From contig JAZQOJ010000178.1 of the NCBI GenBank assembly GCA_045627805.1, positions 1 through 62,406 on the forward strand: DNA of 62,406 bases, in the 5' to 3' direction. The DNA is from Bacteroidales bacterium (GTDB lineage: Bacteria > Bacteroidota > Bacteroidia > Bacteroidales > WCHB1-69). The notes beneath the pieces are model-generated. The model was not told the DNA's origin. It ran no database searches and saw nothing but the letters and a program-made list of their open reading frames with translations. Made by a program: the position numbers and the translations under genes. Position 1 is the first letter of the stretch, and each line of letters begins with the position of its first letter. Below, piece by piece: positions 44,043 to 53,879 of the stretch.

Positions 44043-45227
44043 TTATCTTTTGGCGATGTGTTGTGCGATTTTGAAAAACAGGTCGGTAAAGACAATGGCG
44101 GAGTTGACATTCCTTTCGATGTGGCGGATGGCAAGGTCGCACTCTTTATTGAGAGGTCCAGCGTTTTTGACGGTGAAATATTGGATGAATTCGCCGAGTA
44201 CCGTGCGCTCTTCCCCAGTGGTTTTCACGAGTGTGTTGGCACTTTGGTGCAGCAGGAGCTCGTTGCGGAACATATTTGATAGGTATGTCAGGAAGCGTTT
44301 TTGCGTTTCTTTTCCATTCTTGACCAATTCGTCAATTGTTTTGATGAGGTTGGGATAGTCCACTTTGTCGAGGGTGGTTTGAGGGTCGCCAGTATTGAGG
44401 CGTGCCATAGAAACCGCACTTTTCACAAAAATGTTGTAGCAGGTGAGGAGGTGATGGAGTTCCGCATTGTCTTTTGCGAGGGTGCGTGCGCGGGTGAAAC
44501 TTCCTTCGGAAATGGCAGCAATATCGGCGGCTTCTGATTCGTTAAGTCCTTCTTCGTCAATGAGATGTTGCTTGATGACTTCTTCTTTCAGCGGTGGTAT
44601 TTTCACCAACTGCGTACGCGAAAGAATGGTGGGAAGGATGGCGTCGCTGCTTTCTGCTAACAGGATGAAAAGAGTTTTGTTTTCTGGTTCTTCCAGCGTT
44701 TTGAGCAGTTTGGGCGCGGCGGAGTAATGCAACTTTTCGGCCATCCACAGAATGTAAATCTTGTAGCCGTTTTCGTAGGAGCGGATGCTGTTCTGGGAGA
44801 TGATGTTGGCGCAGTCGCGGATGTTGATGGAAAGCAGGTTGTTGTCGCCCTTCCCTTTGAGTTCCTGCACCCATTCGTTGTAGGCGAGGTGGTAGTTGTT
44901 CGCAATCACGAAGTTGCGGAACACGTTGGTGAATTGCTTGGAGTCGGAGTCCTTTTTGACGTGAAGGGCGTTGCAGTTCGGGAAGATGAGGTGCAGGTCG
45001 GGATGTTGAAGTTTTTCGAACATCACGCAGGAATGGCATTTCCCGCACGAATCGCCGTCGTGCTTGTCTTCGCAGCAGATGTATTGTGCGTAGGCGATGG
45101 CGAGGGCGAAGCTATGGGTTCCTTCTTTGCCTAAGAACAGTTGCGCGTGGCTGATGCGGTTGGTGTCGGCGAGCGCAACGAGCTGCGTTTTCAGTTTCTC
45201 ATCAACTAAAACATCTTTGAAGCGCAT
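44043..45227 (-). CDS. holB: DNA polymerase III subunit delta'
   Basis: RISHAQLF.G, CGKC.SC Zn module, HPDLH, LLKTLEEP and ILPTILSRTQ. Confidence 0.9.
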   Translation of the reverse strand: MRFKDVLVDEKLKTQLVALADTNRISHAQLFLGKEGTHSFALAIAYAQYICCEDKHDGDSCGKCHSCVMFEKLQHPDLHLIFPNCNALHVKKDSDSKQFTNVFRNFVIANNYHLAYNEWVQELKGKGDNNLLSINIRDCANIISQNSIRSYENGYKIYILWMAEKLHYSAAPKLLKTLEEPENKTLFILLAESSDAILPTILSRTQLVKIPPLKEEVIKQHLIDEEGLNESEAADIAAISEGSFTRARTLAKDNAELHHLLTCYNIFVKSAVSMARLNTGDPQTTLDKVDYPNLIKTIDELVKNGKETQKRFLTYLSNMFRNELLLHQSANTLVKTTGEERTVLGEFIQYFTVKNAGPLNKECDLAIRHIERNVNSAIVFTDLFFKIAQHIAKR

Positions 45228-45228
45228 A

Positions 45229-46206
45229 CTAAGCGAGCATTAATTTGTGGATGATGTCCTCGATCGAGATTCCCTCTGCTTCGGCCTTGTAGTTCTTGAT
45301 GACGCGGTGGCGGAGGATGTTGATGGCGACGGCTCTCACGTCCTCGATGTCGGGGGCGTACTTTCCGTTCAGGATGGCGTGGGTGCGTGCGCCGATGATC
45401 AGGAACTGCGATGCGCGCGGACCGGCTCCCCAGGCGAGGTAGTCGTTAGCCCACGGATGTGCGAGCGGCGTGTTGGGGCGCGTCATCGTGGCCAGGTTGA
45501 CGGCGTAGCGATAGACGTTGTCGGAAATCGGCACTTTCTGCAGCAGTTTCTGATAGAAGATGATTTCTTCCATTGAAAGCACCTGGTTGGGTTCCACCAG
45601 GTCGCCGTGAATGGTGGACTTCACCACGTTCACCTCGTCTTCGAATTCAGGATAGTCGAGCAGGATGTTGAACATAAAGCGGTCCTGCTGCGCTTCCGGA
45701 AGCGGATAGGTTCCTTCCTGTTCGATCGGGTTTTGCGTAGCCAGAACGAAGAACGGTTCGGGCAGCGCGTAGGTGACGCCGTTCATACTGACCGAGCGCT
45801 CCTGCATCGCCTCGAGCAGTGCTGACTGCGTTTTGGGCGGCGTACGGTTGATTTCGTCGGCGAGCACGATGTTGGAAAAGATGGGGCCTTTCACGAATTT
45901 GAACTGGCGGCTCTCGTCCAGGATCTCGGTGCCCATAATGTCGGAAGGCATCAGGTCGGGGGTGAACTGGATACGGCTGTACGAGAGATTGACGGTTTTC
46001 GCTATCGTGGTGATCATCAATGTTTTGGCAAGACCGGGCACGCCGATGAGGAGGGCGTGGCTGCGGCTGAACATCACCATCAGGATATTCTTGATGATTT
46101 CGTCTTGCCCGACGATTACTTTTGCAATCTCTTTACGAACCTCAGCATATTTTTCTACAAATGCTTCAATGGCTTCTACGTCGTCTTTAAAATTCAGATT
46201 TGACAT
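45229..46206 (-). CDS. moxR: MoxR-family AAA+ ATPase
   Basis: IVGQ, GVPGLAKT, RIQFTPDLMPSDI, LADEINRTPPKTQSALLEAM and ATQNPIEQEGTYPLPEAQ.DRF. Confidence 0.92.
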   Translation of the reverse strand: MSNLNFKDDVEAIEAFVEKYAEVRKEIAKVIVGQDEIIKNILMVMFSRSHALLIGVPGLAKTLMITTIAKTVNLSYSRIQFTPDLMPSDIMGTEILDESRQFKFVKGPIFSNIVLADEINRTPPKTQSALLEAMQERSVSMNGVTYALPEPFFVLATQNPIEQEGTYPLPEAQQDRFMFNILLDYPEFEDEVNVVKSTIHGDLVEPNQVLSMEEIIFYQKLLQKVPISDNVYRYAVNLATMTRPNTPLAHPWANDYLAWGAGPRASQFLIIGARTHAILNGKYAPDIEDVRAVAINILRHRVIKNYKAEAEGISIEDIIHKLMLA

Positions 46207-46220
46207 TTCGGATAATAATT

Positions 46221-47573
46221 TTATTCAGGAATTCCCCATTCCTTGACGAATGGGCAATTGCGGTATTGTTCGTTGATTTTGATATGTGTTTCAGTGACCT
46301 TTTGGAGGATTCAGTCCTTGATGAGGTTCTGTTTTTTCTCTTCGAGTGCGGCGTTCTTGATGAGGTCGTAGTCTTCTTTGAGGTTGGGCTTGTGTGCGGC
46401 CACCTTCGACTTGAGATAGATGATGCGGTAGGCCATTTTCCCGTCCTCGTTGACGTATGCGACGGGTTGTGAGTACTCGCCGGGGATGAGCCGGTTGATG
46501 GTGGCGAAGGCGGAGGGGTCGATGGCCTCTTTTTCAAACTTGTAGGAGTTGTTGTAAGGGTTGACCACCCAGCCGCCGCTGTTCTTGTTGTTGTCGTCGG
46601 AAAATTTCTTGGCCGCCTCTGAGAAGTCCATCTTTTCGGTGGTGACGACGTTGCGCACGCTGTCGAGGAACTCGATGGCCTTGACCTGCTCTTCGGTGGA
46701 TGGCTTGGGCTGGAGGAGGATGTGGGCGACATTGATCTGGTCGCCTTTCCGTTCGATCATCTGGATGATGTGGTAGCCGGCCTTGGTCTGCACCACGCCC
46801 GATATTTCGCCAGATTTGAGGTTGAAGGCGACGGCTTCGAATTCGGGATAAAGGGAGCCGCGTTCCACGAAGCCGAGTTCACCGCCCTTGGATGCGGAGC
46901 CGGGGTCGTCGGAGTACAGGCGCGCGAGCATTGAGAACTTCTCTCCGCGCAGCACGCGCTCGCGGAACTCTTCCAGCCGCCCCTTGATGGCCACTATCTC
47001 CTCCTCGCTCACGGGCGGCATTTTCACGATGTGACCGAACTCGTAGGCGGGCTCAACCGTGGGCAGACTGTCGTAAGGGATGCGGTCGTAGAAACGCTTC
47101 ACTTCCGCTGGCGTGATGGTGACACCCTCCGTGATGTCCTGCTGCACGCGTTCCATCACCATCTGCTCGCGAACCATCTCGCGCATATCCTTGCGAATCT
47201 CGTCCATCGTTTTGTGGTAGGCGTCCTCAATCATTTTCTGATTGCCGCCCACTTGCGACAGCCAGTAGTTGATCTGGTAATTCACACGCGAGTCAATCTC
47301 CTGGTCGCTGAACTCCAAACTGTCTAACTCTGCCTGGTGCTCGTACAGTTTCTGCCTTACAAGATGTTCGAAGATGAGACAGCGTGTCTCTTCGATGTTG
47401 TCCATCACCGAATATTGCGATGCGTACGTCGCATATTCGGTCTCCAGTTGCGACTTCGTGATGATTTCCTTTCCCACAATGGCAATAATTTCATCAATCG
47501 TATTGGTGGATTGTGCCCAGGAAATCTGTAAACAACTGATTATAAAAACGATAAAGAGGAATATCTTCTTCAT
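46221..47573 (-). CDS. surA: SurA-type periplasmic chaperone/parvulin PPIase, interrupted by an in-frame TGA at 46311-46313
   Basis: Signal peptide from ATG 47573; IDEIIAIVG; two parvulin domains (SDDPGSASKGGELGF, GYHIIQ). After TGA the same frame continues ILQKVTETHIKINEQYRNCPFVKEWGIPE to TAA at 46221-46223. Confidence 0.8.
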
Positions 47574-47605
47574 TGCTTGTCCGAGTTTTGAGATGCGAAA
47601 ATACA

Positions 47606-47640
47606 AAAAAAAAGAAGACAAAACTTTGCCTTCTCCTTTT
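47606..47640 (-). terminator. Intrinsic terminator after rpmH
   Basis: On -: aaggagaaggcaaa-gt-tttgtcttctt followed by a T-run. Confidence 0.6.
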
Positions 47641-47661
47641 AACGCACAATATTTTTTGTGG

Positions 47662-47820
47662 TTATTTTCTGCCCAAACTTTCGTCAGAAACGGTGAGTTT
47701 TTTTCTGCCTTTCGCACGGCGAGCAGCCAAAACTCTGCGACCATTAGCGGTAGCCATTCTTTCTCTGAAACCATGTTTGTTTTTGCGTCTTCTGTTCGAC
47801 GGTTGGAATGTTCTTTTCAT
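47662..47820 (-). CDS. rpmH: 50S ribosomal protein L34 (not in the supplied ORF track)
   Basis: Hand translation: [53 protein letters not shown] -7 element lies on - at 47860-47867. Confidence 0.97.
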   Translation of the reverse strand: MKRTFQPSNRRRKNKHGFRERMATANGRRVLAARRAKGRKKLTVSDESLGRK

Positions 47821-48003
47821 CGTATTATGATTTTTTTATTTCTTATAATTTTGGGGTTGCAAAAATACAACTTTTTTTTAAATAACCGCTATGTGAGGGA
47901 ATTTTATTTTAACTATTTGATTTTCTTTTGTTTTCACCTACAAAATAAATCGTTTCCGCTCATTCGCAAAAGATATTTTTTTCAATTGCCAACTCATTGT
48001 GGC

Positions 48004-48627
48004 TCAGTTTTTTCTAATTCCTGTCAAAATTAAGTCTTTGATTTCCTCTTTTCGGTGCTCAAGATATGCTAAAATGTCCTCCTCTTTCTGGTCAAAAAAA
48101 TCGGAATACAGTGGCAGTGAGATGAAGGTGAAAATGATGAGCGACATCACGTGCAAGGTCAGGTCCATCGTGTCAATCGGGCGGATGTTGCCTTTCTCGA
48201 TTTCCGCCTTCACCATCTTGTCCCACATTGCGTAATATCCTAATTTATCGGCCTTTTCCAACATCATTCTCCGCATCGTCTTTCGCCGTTCTTCGTTCAA
48301 AATCAATTCTTTAATGATGAAAAACGGCAGCCGCCGATTCTGCGTCAGCATATTGAAATACTGGTCGATAAACCAGCACAGCGCAGACTTGAATTCCATC
48401 TGCGGATGCTGCTTCGGATCAATGTATGCCAAAATCAGTTTCGATTTTTCAATGAAAATCTGCTGAAAAAGTTTTTCCTTCGTGCGAAAATAGTAATGTA
48501 CCAACGCCTGATTGCACCCCACACGCCGCGCAATGTCGGTGGTGGAGGTGGCATCGTAGCCCTTTTCCAGAAAAAGTTCCTCCGCCGCTTTCAAAATCTG
48601 CTGCTCTAACTGTGCCTGCTTCCCCAT
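48004..48627 (-). CDS. TetR/AcrR family transcriptional regulator
   Basis: ILKAAEELFLEKGYDATSTTDIARRVGCNQALVHYYFRTKEKLF HTH. Confidence 0.93.
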   Translation of the reverse strand: MGKQAQLEQQILKAAEELFLEKGYDATSTTDIARRVGCNQALVHYYFRTKEKLFQQIFIEKSKLILAYIDPKQHPQMEFKSALCWFIDQYFNMLTQNRRLPFFIIKELILNEERRKTMRRMMLEKADKLGYYAMWDKMVKAEIEKGNIRPIDTMDLTLHVMSLIIFTFISLPLYSDFFDQKEEDILAYLEHRKEEIKDLILTGIRKN

Positions 48628-48632
48628 TTCTT

Positions 48633-48682
48633 ATTGTTGAATTGTTGAACTGTTGAATTGTTGAACTGTTGAATTGTTGAAT
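48633..48682 (-). repeat. 8-bp tandem repeat (ATTGTTGA/ACTGTTGA on +; TCAACAAT on the coding strand), 6 copies
   Basis: attgttga attgttga actgttga attgttga actgttga attgttga, ending 5 bp before the TetR ATG. Confidence 0.88.
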
Positions 48683-48711
48683 TTCGTTCCTTAATATCGA
48701 ATCAAAATTAA

Positions 48712-51222
48712 TTATTTAACCGTTTCATCCACTCTGCAATTTTCAACCATAAAATGCAACCGGTTGAATACGTTGGCCTCCGACGTGCCGCTGTCGAAGT
48801 CCAAAAACAGCAGACTTAGTTGCGGATACAGCTGTTTCAGTCTTTTTTCTATCCCTTTGGAAATGATATGGTTGGCAATGCATCCGAAGGGCTGTAAACT
48901 CACCACGTTGTGAATGCCGCTCTCCGCCAAATGACAGATTTCGCCAGGAAGGAACCACCCCTCGCCAAAGTCGCCCGCCATATTGACTACTTTCTCAGCC
49001 AGTTTCGCGTCATCGAAAATGTTGGTCAAAGGCCTGTAGTGGGGAAAATCAGCGCAAATGTGGTTGTACTCGCCCATCTGCTTCCACACCAGTTTGTACA
49101 CGATGTCGTTCAGCCATTTCGGAAATTTAACTTCTTTGATGTTGAGTTCGCGGTTGATGTGGTTGTTGGCAAATCCCATCGTGAGAAACCCGATCAGGGC
49201 AGGCGGCACAACTTCCACTCCTTTTTCTTCTAACCAATTGATTACAAATTTGTTGCTAAATCCATTGTACTTGACGTAAATTTCGCCCACTACGCCAATT
49301 ATTGGCACTGTTATGTCGTTTTTAATGGCAGCGGAAAAATCGGCGACCGCTGCTCGCAGCAGGTTTTTCAGTCCTTTGCTGTCCTTCGCCTCAATCAAAG
49401 GGAAGGCCTCCTCCGTGTATTTTTGGCGGAGTTTCAGCGCCAGTCCGGGTTCTTTTTCGCGCACCACGCTGGCGTGGAAAAGCTTGGCCAGACAGTCGGC
49501 GTAGAGTACGGTTTGCAGTGCGATGGGCACGACCTTTTTCCAGGGGATGGTGAAGCCGGGCTGCGTGGCGGTGACGGAGGCGCTGAGGGCCAGCGAGATG
49601 ACGGGAATTTCCTCCAGTCCGGCGGTCACGAGGGCGTTCTTGATGAGCGAGTAGTAGTTTGACGCTCGGCACTGTCCGCCCGTTTGCGTCATCACTACCG
49701 CCACTTCCGTCGGGTCGTATTCCCCGCTCAACAAGGCGTTCATTATCGAACCCACCACGATTGTGGCCGGGTAGCAAATCTCGTTGTTCGCATACCTTAG
49801 CCCTGTTTCGGCCGCTTCCTGGCTGCCCGTCGGAAGGGTGATGAGGTTATAGCCGGCGACTTTGAAAACCGAAGGGAAAAATTCGGAGTAACCTTCGGCA
49901 AAGTAGGGTGCGATGAGCGTGCGGCGGCGTTCGATTTTGGTGAACGTGCGCGTGGTGACGTAGGGCAATGGCTTCGCGCTATCGGCTTTATCTCTCTCTG
50001 TCATCGTGTTTTGCGTCGTTGTTCCAACCGATTCTACGAGTGAACGCACGCGCAGTCGCAAAGAACCGATGTTGTTGACATCGTCGATTTTCAAAATGGT
50101 ATGGTTCTTTTTGAATCGTTTCAGAATGGCGTTCACTTCGTCCAAAATGAAGGAGTCGGGACCGCAGCCGAACGAGGTGAGCTGCACGAAATGCAGGTTG
50201 CGGTAGCCACTTCTTCCGGCAAAGTAGGCCGCCTTGAAAATGCGGTTGGGATAGCTCCATTGCGAAATGGCGTTCAATTCATCGTAAACTCCTTTGCCAC
50301 TTTGCGTTGCAACGTTTTCGGTAATCACGTCGATGCCCATATCGGCGATGGCGTGTGAGATTTTGTGCTCGATGAGCGGGTCGATGTGATAGGGGCGGGC
50401 GGCGAGCAAAATCACCATCCGGTTCTCGCTTTTCGCCTTTTCCAGTATCTCGTTGGCACGGCGGGTGAGCGCATTCAGGTAGTTTTCCTGTGCTTGAATT
50501 GCTTTTTCAATGGCGAAATCCGCTTTTTCTTTGTTGATTCCCAACGAAAAGAGATATTTTTCGCACGATTTTTTCAGCAATTTCACATTGTTGAAAGCAA
50601 TGACTGGCGCATCCAAAGGAATCCCCGCTTTCACAGCTGGGTCCATCGAACTTTTGATCACATCGGAGTAGCCAGCCACCACCGGACAGTTGTAACTGTT
50701 GCCCGATTTCTCGTCCTCTTTGCGCTCGTAAACCACGTAAGGGTACAGAATCCGGTCCACCTTTTTGGAAATGAGGTCCTGAATGTGCCCGTGCATCAGT
50801 TTCGCAGGAAAGCAGATATTGTCGGCCATAATGGAGCGTAAACCGCTTTCGTACTGCTTGTTGCTTGACGCATTCGATAGTACAACGCGGAAGCCGCAAT
50901 GGGAGAGGAGGGTGTTCCAAAAAGGAAAATTCTCGTAAATGCCCAGCGCGCGCGGAATCCCGATGGTGATGGCTCCCGGCTGCGGCTTGACCTCCGATTT
51001 CTGAAAAAGTAGTTTATATTTTTCTACAAAAAGATTGGTCCCCTTTTGCACGCTGTCGGGCGTGTTGGAATATATTTTTTCGCAGTTGTTGCCCGAAAAA
51101 TAGGTGTTCCCGTTGGGAAAATGAAATAGTTTTACGGTGCAGTGGTTCTCACAACCGCAACAGGTCTCGAATTCCGATTCGTAGTGGTTGGCAGAAATCA
51201 AGTCGGTGAGTGTTGTACTCAT
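48712..51222 (-). CDS. CoA-substrate-specific enzyme activase-related protein, C-terminal half (DUF2229-type)
   Basis: CCGCENHC, IGIPRAL, NICFPAK.MHGH, YNCPVV, RPYH.DP, SFGCGPD, CYPA, GGQCRASNY and QPFGCIANH. Confidence 0.85.
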   Translation of the reverse strand: MSTTLTDLISANHYESEFETCCGCENHCTVKLFHFPNGNTYFSGNNCEKIYSNTPDSVQKGTNLFVEKYKLLFQKSEVKPQPGAITIGIPRALGIYENFPFWNTLLSHCGFRVVLSNASSNKQYESGLRSIMADNICFPAKLMHGHIQDLISKKVDRILYPYVVYERKEDEKSGNSYNCPVVAGYSDVIKSSMDPAVKAGIPLDAPVIAFNNVKLLKKSCEKYLFSLGINKEKADFAIEKAIQAQENYLNALTRRANEILEKAKSENRMVILLAARPYHIDPLIEHKISHAIADMGIDVITENVATQSGKGVYDELNAISQWSYPNRIFKAAYFAGRSGYRNLHFVQLTSFGCGPDSFILDEVNAILKRFKKNHTILKIDDVNNIGSLRLRVRSLVESVGTTTQNTMTERDKADSAKPLPYVTTRTFTKIERRRTLIAPYFAEGYSEFFPSVFKVAGYNLITLPTGSQEAAETGLRYANNEICYPATIVVGSIMNALLSGEYDPTEVAVVMTQTGGQCRASNYYSLIKNALVTAGLEEIPVISLALSASVTATQPGFTIPWKKVVPIALQTVLYADCLAKLFHASVVREKEPGLALKLRQKYTEEAFPLIEAKDSKGLKNLLRAAVADFSAAIKNDITVPIIGVVGEIYVKYNGFSNKFVINWLEEKGVEVVPPALIGFLTMGFANNHINRELNIKEVKFPKWLNDIVYKLVWKQMGEYNHICADFPHYRPLTNIFDDAKLAEKVVNMAGDFGEGWFLPGEICHLAESGIHNVVSLQPFGCIANHIISKGIEKRLKQLYPQLSLLFLDFDSGTSEANVFNRLHFMVENCRVDETVK

Positions 51223-51295
51223 TATTTTATCTTATTGTTTGATAATAATTTAGTAAATCTTGCAGGGCTTTCGTTTCTCTTTTGTTCTCAAAAAA

Positions 51296-53098
51296 TCAAT
51301 TCTTAATGCCCGGTGCGTCATTTTGTTGGTTTATTGCATATAATGCAGCTCCGTAAGCGCCCATCAGTTCGGGAATGTCGGAAAAAGAGACGTTGCATCC
51401 GGTCATTTTTTCCAGCGCTCGCACAATACTGTGGTTGCGGAAAGTTCCGCCTTGAACCACAATATTCTTTCCAAGTTCTTCTATATTTTTGAGTTTCAAT
51501 ACTTTGAAAAGACAGTTTTTGACAACCGAATAGCTGAATCCGGCAGCGATGTCTTCTACGGCGGCGCCTTCTTGCATCGATTGTTTCACTTTGGAGTTCA
51601 TAAAAACGGTGCAGCGCGTGCCGAGGTCGCAGGGATGTTGTGCGAAACAGGAGATTCGGGCGAACTCGGCCACAGGGTATCCCATCATATTGGCGAATGT
51701 TTCAATGAAGGAGCCGCATCCTGACGAGCAGGCCTCGTTGATTTCCATCCGCCGGATGGAGCCGTTGTCAACGAAAATGGCTTTCATATCCTGCCCTCCG
51801 ATGTCCAGCACAAAGCTCACTTGTGGCTCTACTTGCTTTGCGGCCGAGAAGTGCGCCATCGTTTCCACAATGCCAAAGTCGAAATCGAAGGCGGTTTTGA
51901 TGAGGTTTTCCCCGTAGCCCGTTACGCAACTGGCTTTAATGACGATATTTTGAGGGCTTTCCACGCTGTTGTACAGTGTTTTAAGCATTTTGCAGAAAGT
52001 TTGAAAACTATCACCGTTATTGCGTTGGTAGTCGGTGTAAACGATTTCGGAATGTTGATTGAGCAGTACGAGTTTGGTGGTGGTGCTTCCCGAATCCACG
52101 CCAAGGAAGTAGGGAGTGGGTTCTGTGCAAGTCAGTTCTCCGCGCGGAACGTAGTAGAGGTTTTTGTTCTTGAGCCAGCGGTCGTGTTCGGCGCTGTCGG
52201 CAAAAAGTGGCTCTAACCGCTGGGCGTAATCTTGCGCGCTATGGTTTTTTTGTAATTTTATAAGATTCAGTAAATCAGATAGTTTAATTGTCTGTTTAGC
52301 GCAGGTTTCCGCAAGGAGCGCACAACCAGATGCGGGGATGATTTGCGCGTTTTCGGGAAGAATGCACTGCTGTTCGGTCAGGGAGAGTATGCGGCGGAAA
52401 TGCTTTTGCAATTCCGGAAGAAAAGCGAACGGGCCGCCGCAAAAGAAGACTATGGGGAGGATGTCCATTCCGCGGGCGAGCGAGCTTACCACCTGCATTG
52501 CCACGGCATTGAACACGGAGGCGGCGATGTCGGCGCGGCTCACATTGCGGCTGATGAGGTTTTGGATGTCGGTTTTAGAAAATACGCCGCAGCGGGAAGC
52601 AATCGGGTAGATATTCTCTGATTTTTCTGCCAACGCATTCATTTCTTGTGTGTTAACATTGAGAAGCGTAGCGGTTTGGTCAATGAATGCGCCCGTTCCG
52701 CCCGCGCAACTGCCGTTCATTCGGATATCGGGAATCTTGCCCTTTTCAAAGAAAATCATCTTGCTGTCTTCGCCCCCCATATCAATGAAGGTCCTCACTT
52801 CGGGATAGCGCTGTTTCACCATTTCGGCGGCGGCTACCACTTCTTGTACGAAGCCGAAGCCGAGCCGTTGCGCGTAACCCATCCCGACGGAGCCCGTGAC
52901 AACGATGCGCAGCGTGCAATCGCCAAGCGCGTTCCATAATTCATCGGCCACTGCTGCCGCCGTGCTGCGAATGTCGGCGTGATGTCGGCGATATGCCGAA
53001 AATCGCAGCGCACCCTCGCTGTCTAAAACCGCAATCTTGAGTGTGGTTGAGCCAATGTCAACGCCTACGCTATAAACGTTTTCTATCGTTTCCGTCAT
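51296..53098 (-). CDS. Acyl-CoA dehydratase activase, N-terminal half (two BadF/BadG/BcrA/BcrD ASKHA ATPase domains)
   Basis: GVDIGSTT, DMGGEDSK, CAGGTG and RCGVF; second domain GVDSGSTT, DIGGQDMK, CSSGCG and RCTVF. Confidence 0.88.
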   Translation of the reverse strand: MTETIENVYSVGVDIGSTTLKIAVLDSEGALRFSAYRRHHADIRSTAAAVADELWNALGDCTLRIVVTGSVGMGYAQRLGFGFVQEVVAAAEMVKQRYPEVRTFIDMGGEDSKMIFFEKGKIPDIRMNGSCAGGTGAFIDQTATLLNVNTQEMNALAEKSENIYPIASRCGVFSKTDIQNLISRNVSRADIAASVFNAVAMQVVSSLARGMDILPIVFFCGGPFAFLPELQKHFRRILSLTEQQCILPENAQIIPASGCALLAETCAKQTIKLSDLLNLIKLQKNHSAQDYAQRLEPLFADSAEHDRWLKNKNLYYVPRGELTCTEPTPYFLGVDSGSTTTKLVLLNQHSEIVYTDYQRNNGDSFQTFCKMLKTLYNSVESPQNIVIKASCVTGYGENLIKTAFDFDFGIVETMAHFSAAKQVEPQVSFVLDIGGQDMKAIFVDNGSIRRMEINEACSSGCGSFIETFANMMGYPVAEFARISCFAQHPCDLGTRCTVFMNSKVKQSMQEGAAVEDIAAGFSYSVVKNCLFKVLKLKNIEELGKNIVVQGGTFRNHSIVRALEKMTGCNVSFSDIPELMGAYGAALYAINQQNDAPGIKN

Positions 53099-53195
53099 CT
53101 TTAATAATGTAATTTAATAGTGCTATTAAAAACGGCGGCAAAATTACGCAAAAAAGCCGAATCCATCACCTTTCTAAGCCGACTTCACCATTTAC

Positions 53196-53232
53196 AAAAA
53201 AATCGGTTAAACGTTTTGCGCTTAACCGATTT
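53196..53232 (-). terminator. Intrinsic terminator after the lipoprotein gene
   Basis: aaatcggttaa...ttaaccgattt inverted repeat with an A-run on + (U-tract on -). Confidence 0.65.
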
Positions 53233-53242
53233 GCGTTTTCTT

Positions 53243-53749
53243 TTATTTAATGCGTTGGAATTTGTCTTTCAATTCTTTATGCTTGATGATGCGGTTCAGT
53301 TCATCGAGGTTGTCGCGAGAGAAATGATTTTTACTAATCCACATTTCCTTGATAGGGTCGCGGTCGATGATGTGTGCCTTGATGTCATCGAATGATGGCG
53401 CATCGGGGAGTGCGGCGTACTCTTCGTAAGTGTATGAGAGGAAAGCGACGTGCTCGTTAATGCCGCGGTTGTCGAGCCAGTAGCCCTTGGCGAGTTGGGT
53501 CGGCTTGGCTAATTCGCCACGCGTATAAACGTCGCGGGGATGCGGATAGGAGGCGATGGCATCTCCGTCGTCGGTAAGTGTGATGGGCACGTTCTCACTG
53601 TAGTCTTTATTCATTTTATAAATAACAATGGGAGGTGCAGCCACCGCAACGGTCTTGTTTTCTGCGGAAGACGTTTCGGTGCTGGTCTCTTGCGTTTTGC
53701 AGGCGCAGAAACTGATGATGCAGAGAAGTAAAATGACAAACTTTTTCAT
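53243..53749 (-). CDS. Conserved hypothetical lipoprotein
   Basis: Lipobox-like FCAC after a hydrophobic signal; YK...DYS..VP...SYP.P.D...GY.LDNRGI pattern. Confidence 0.7.
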   Translation of the reverse strand: MKKFVILLLCIISFCACKTQETSTETSSAENKTVAVAAPPIVIYKMNKDYSENVPITLTDDGDAIASYPHPRDVYTRGELAKPTQLAKGYWLDNRGINEHVAFLSYTYEEYAALPDAPSFDDIKAHIIDRDPIKEMWISKNHFSRDNLDELNRIIKHKELKDKFQRIK

Positions 53750-53879
53750 ATTTTTTGACTTGTTATGGTTGATTTTTGCGCCTCTTCTTTGTGAAGCATT
53801 TTATATGAAATTCGAGCGAATTGATGCGGCAAAGTTACGAAAAGTTTTGATTCTTTGGTTGAGAATGTGAGCAAAACCA

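Noticed and set aside
46311-46313. Genome-wide TGA recoding or selenocysteine
   Set aside because: TGA ends other genes here at expected positions (miaA, both chromate transporters) and TGG encodes Trp throughout. The position corresponds to Trp, not Cys.
44500-47300. GC-richer stretch over holB-moxR-surA as a foreign island
   Set aside because: These are core genes, and a sample count (35/60 at 46681-46740) equals that of comM.
47574-47774. N-terminal extension of the SurA ORF in the supplied track
   Set aside because: It overlaps rpmH and its terminator. The signal peptide begins at ATG 47573.
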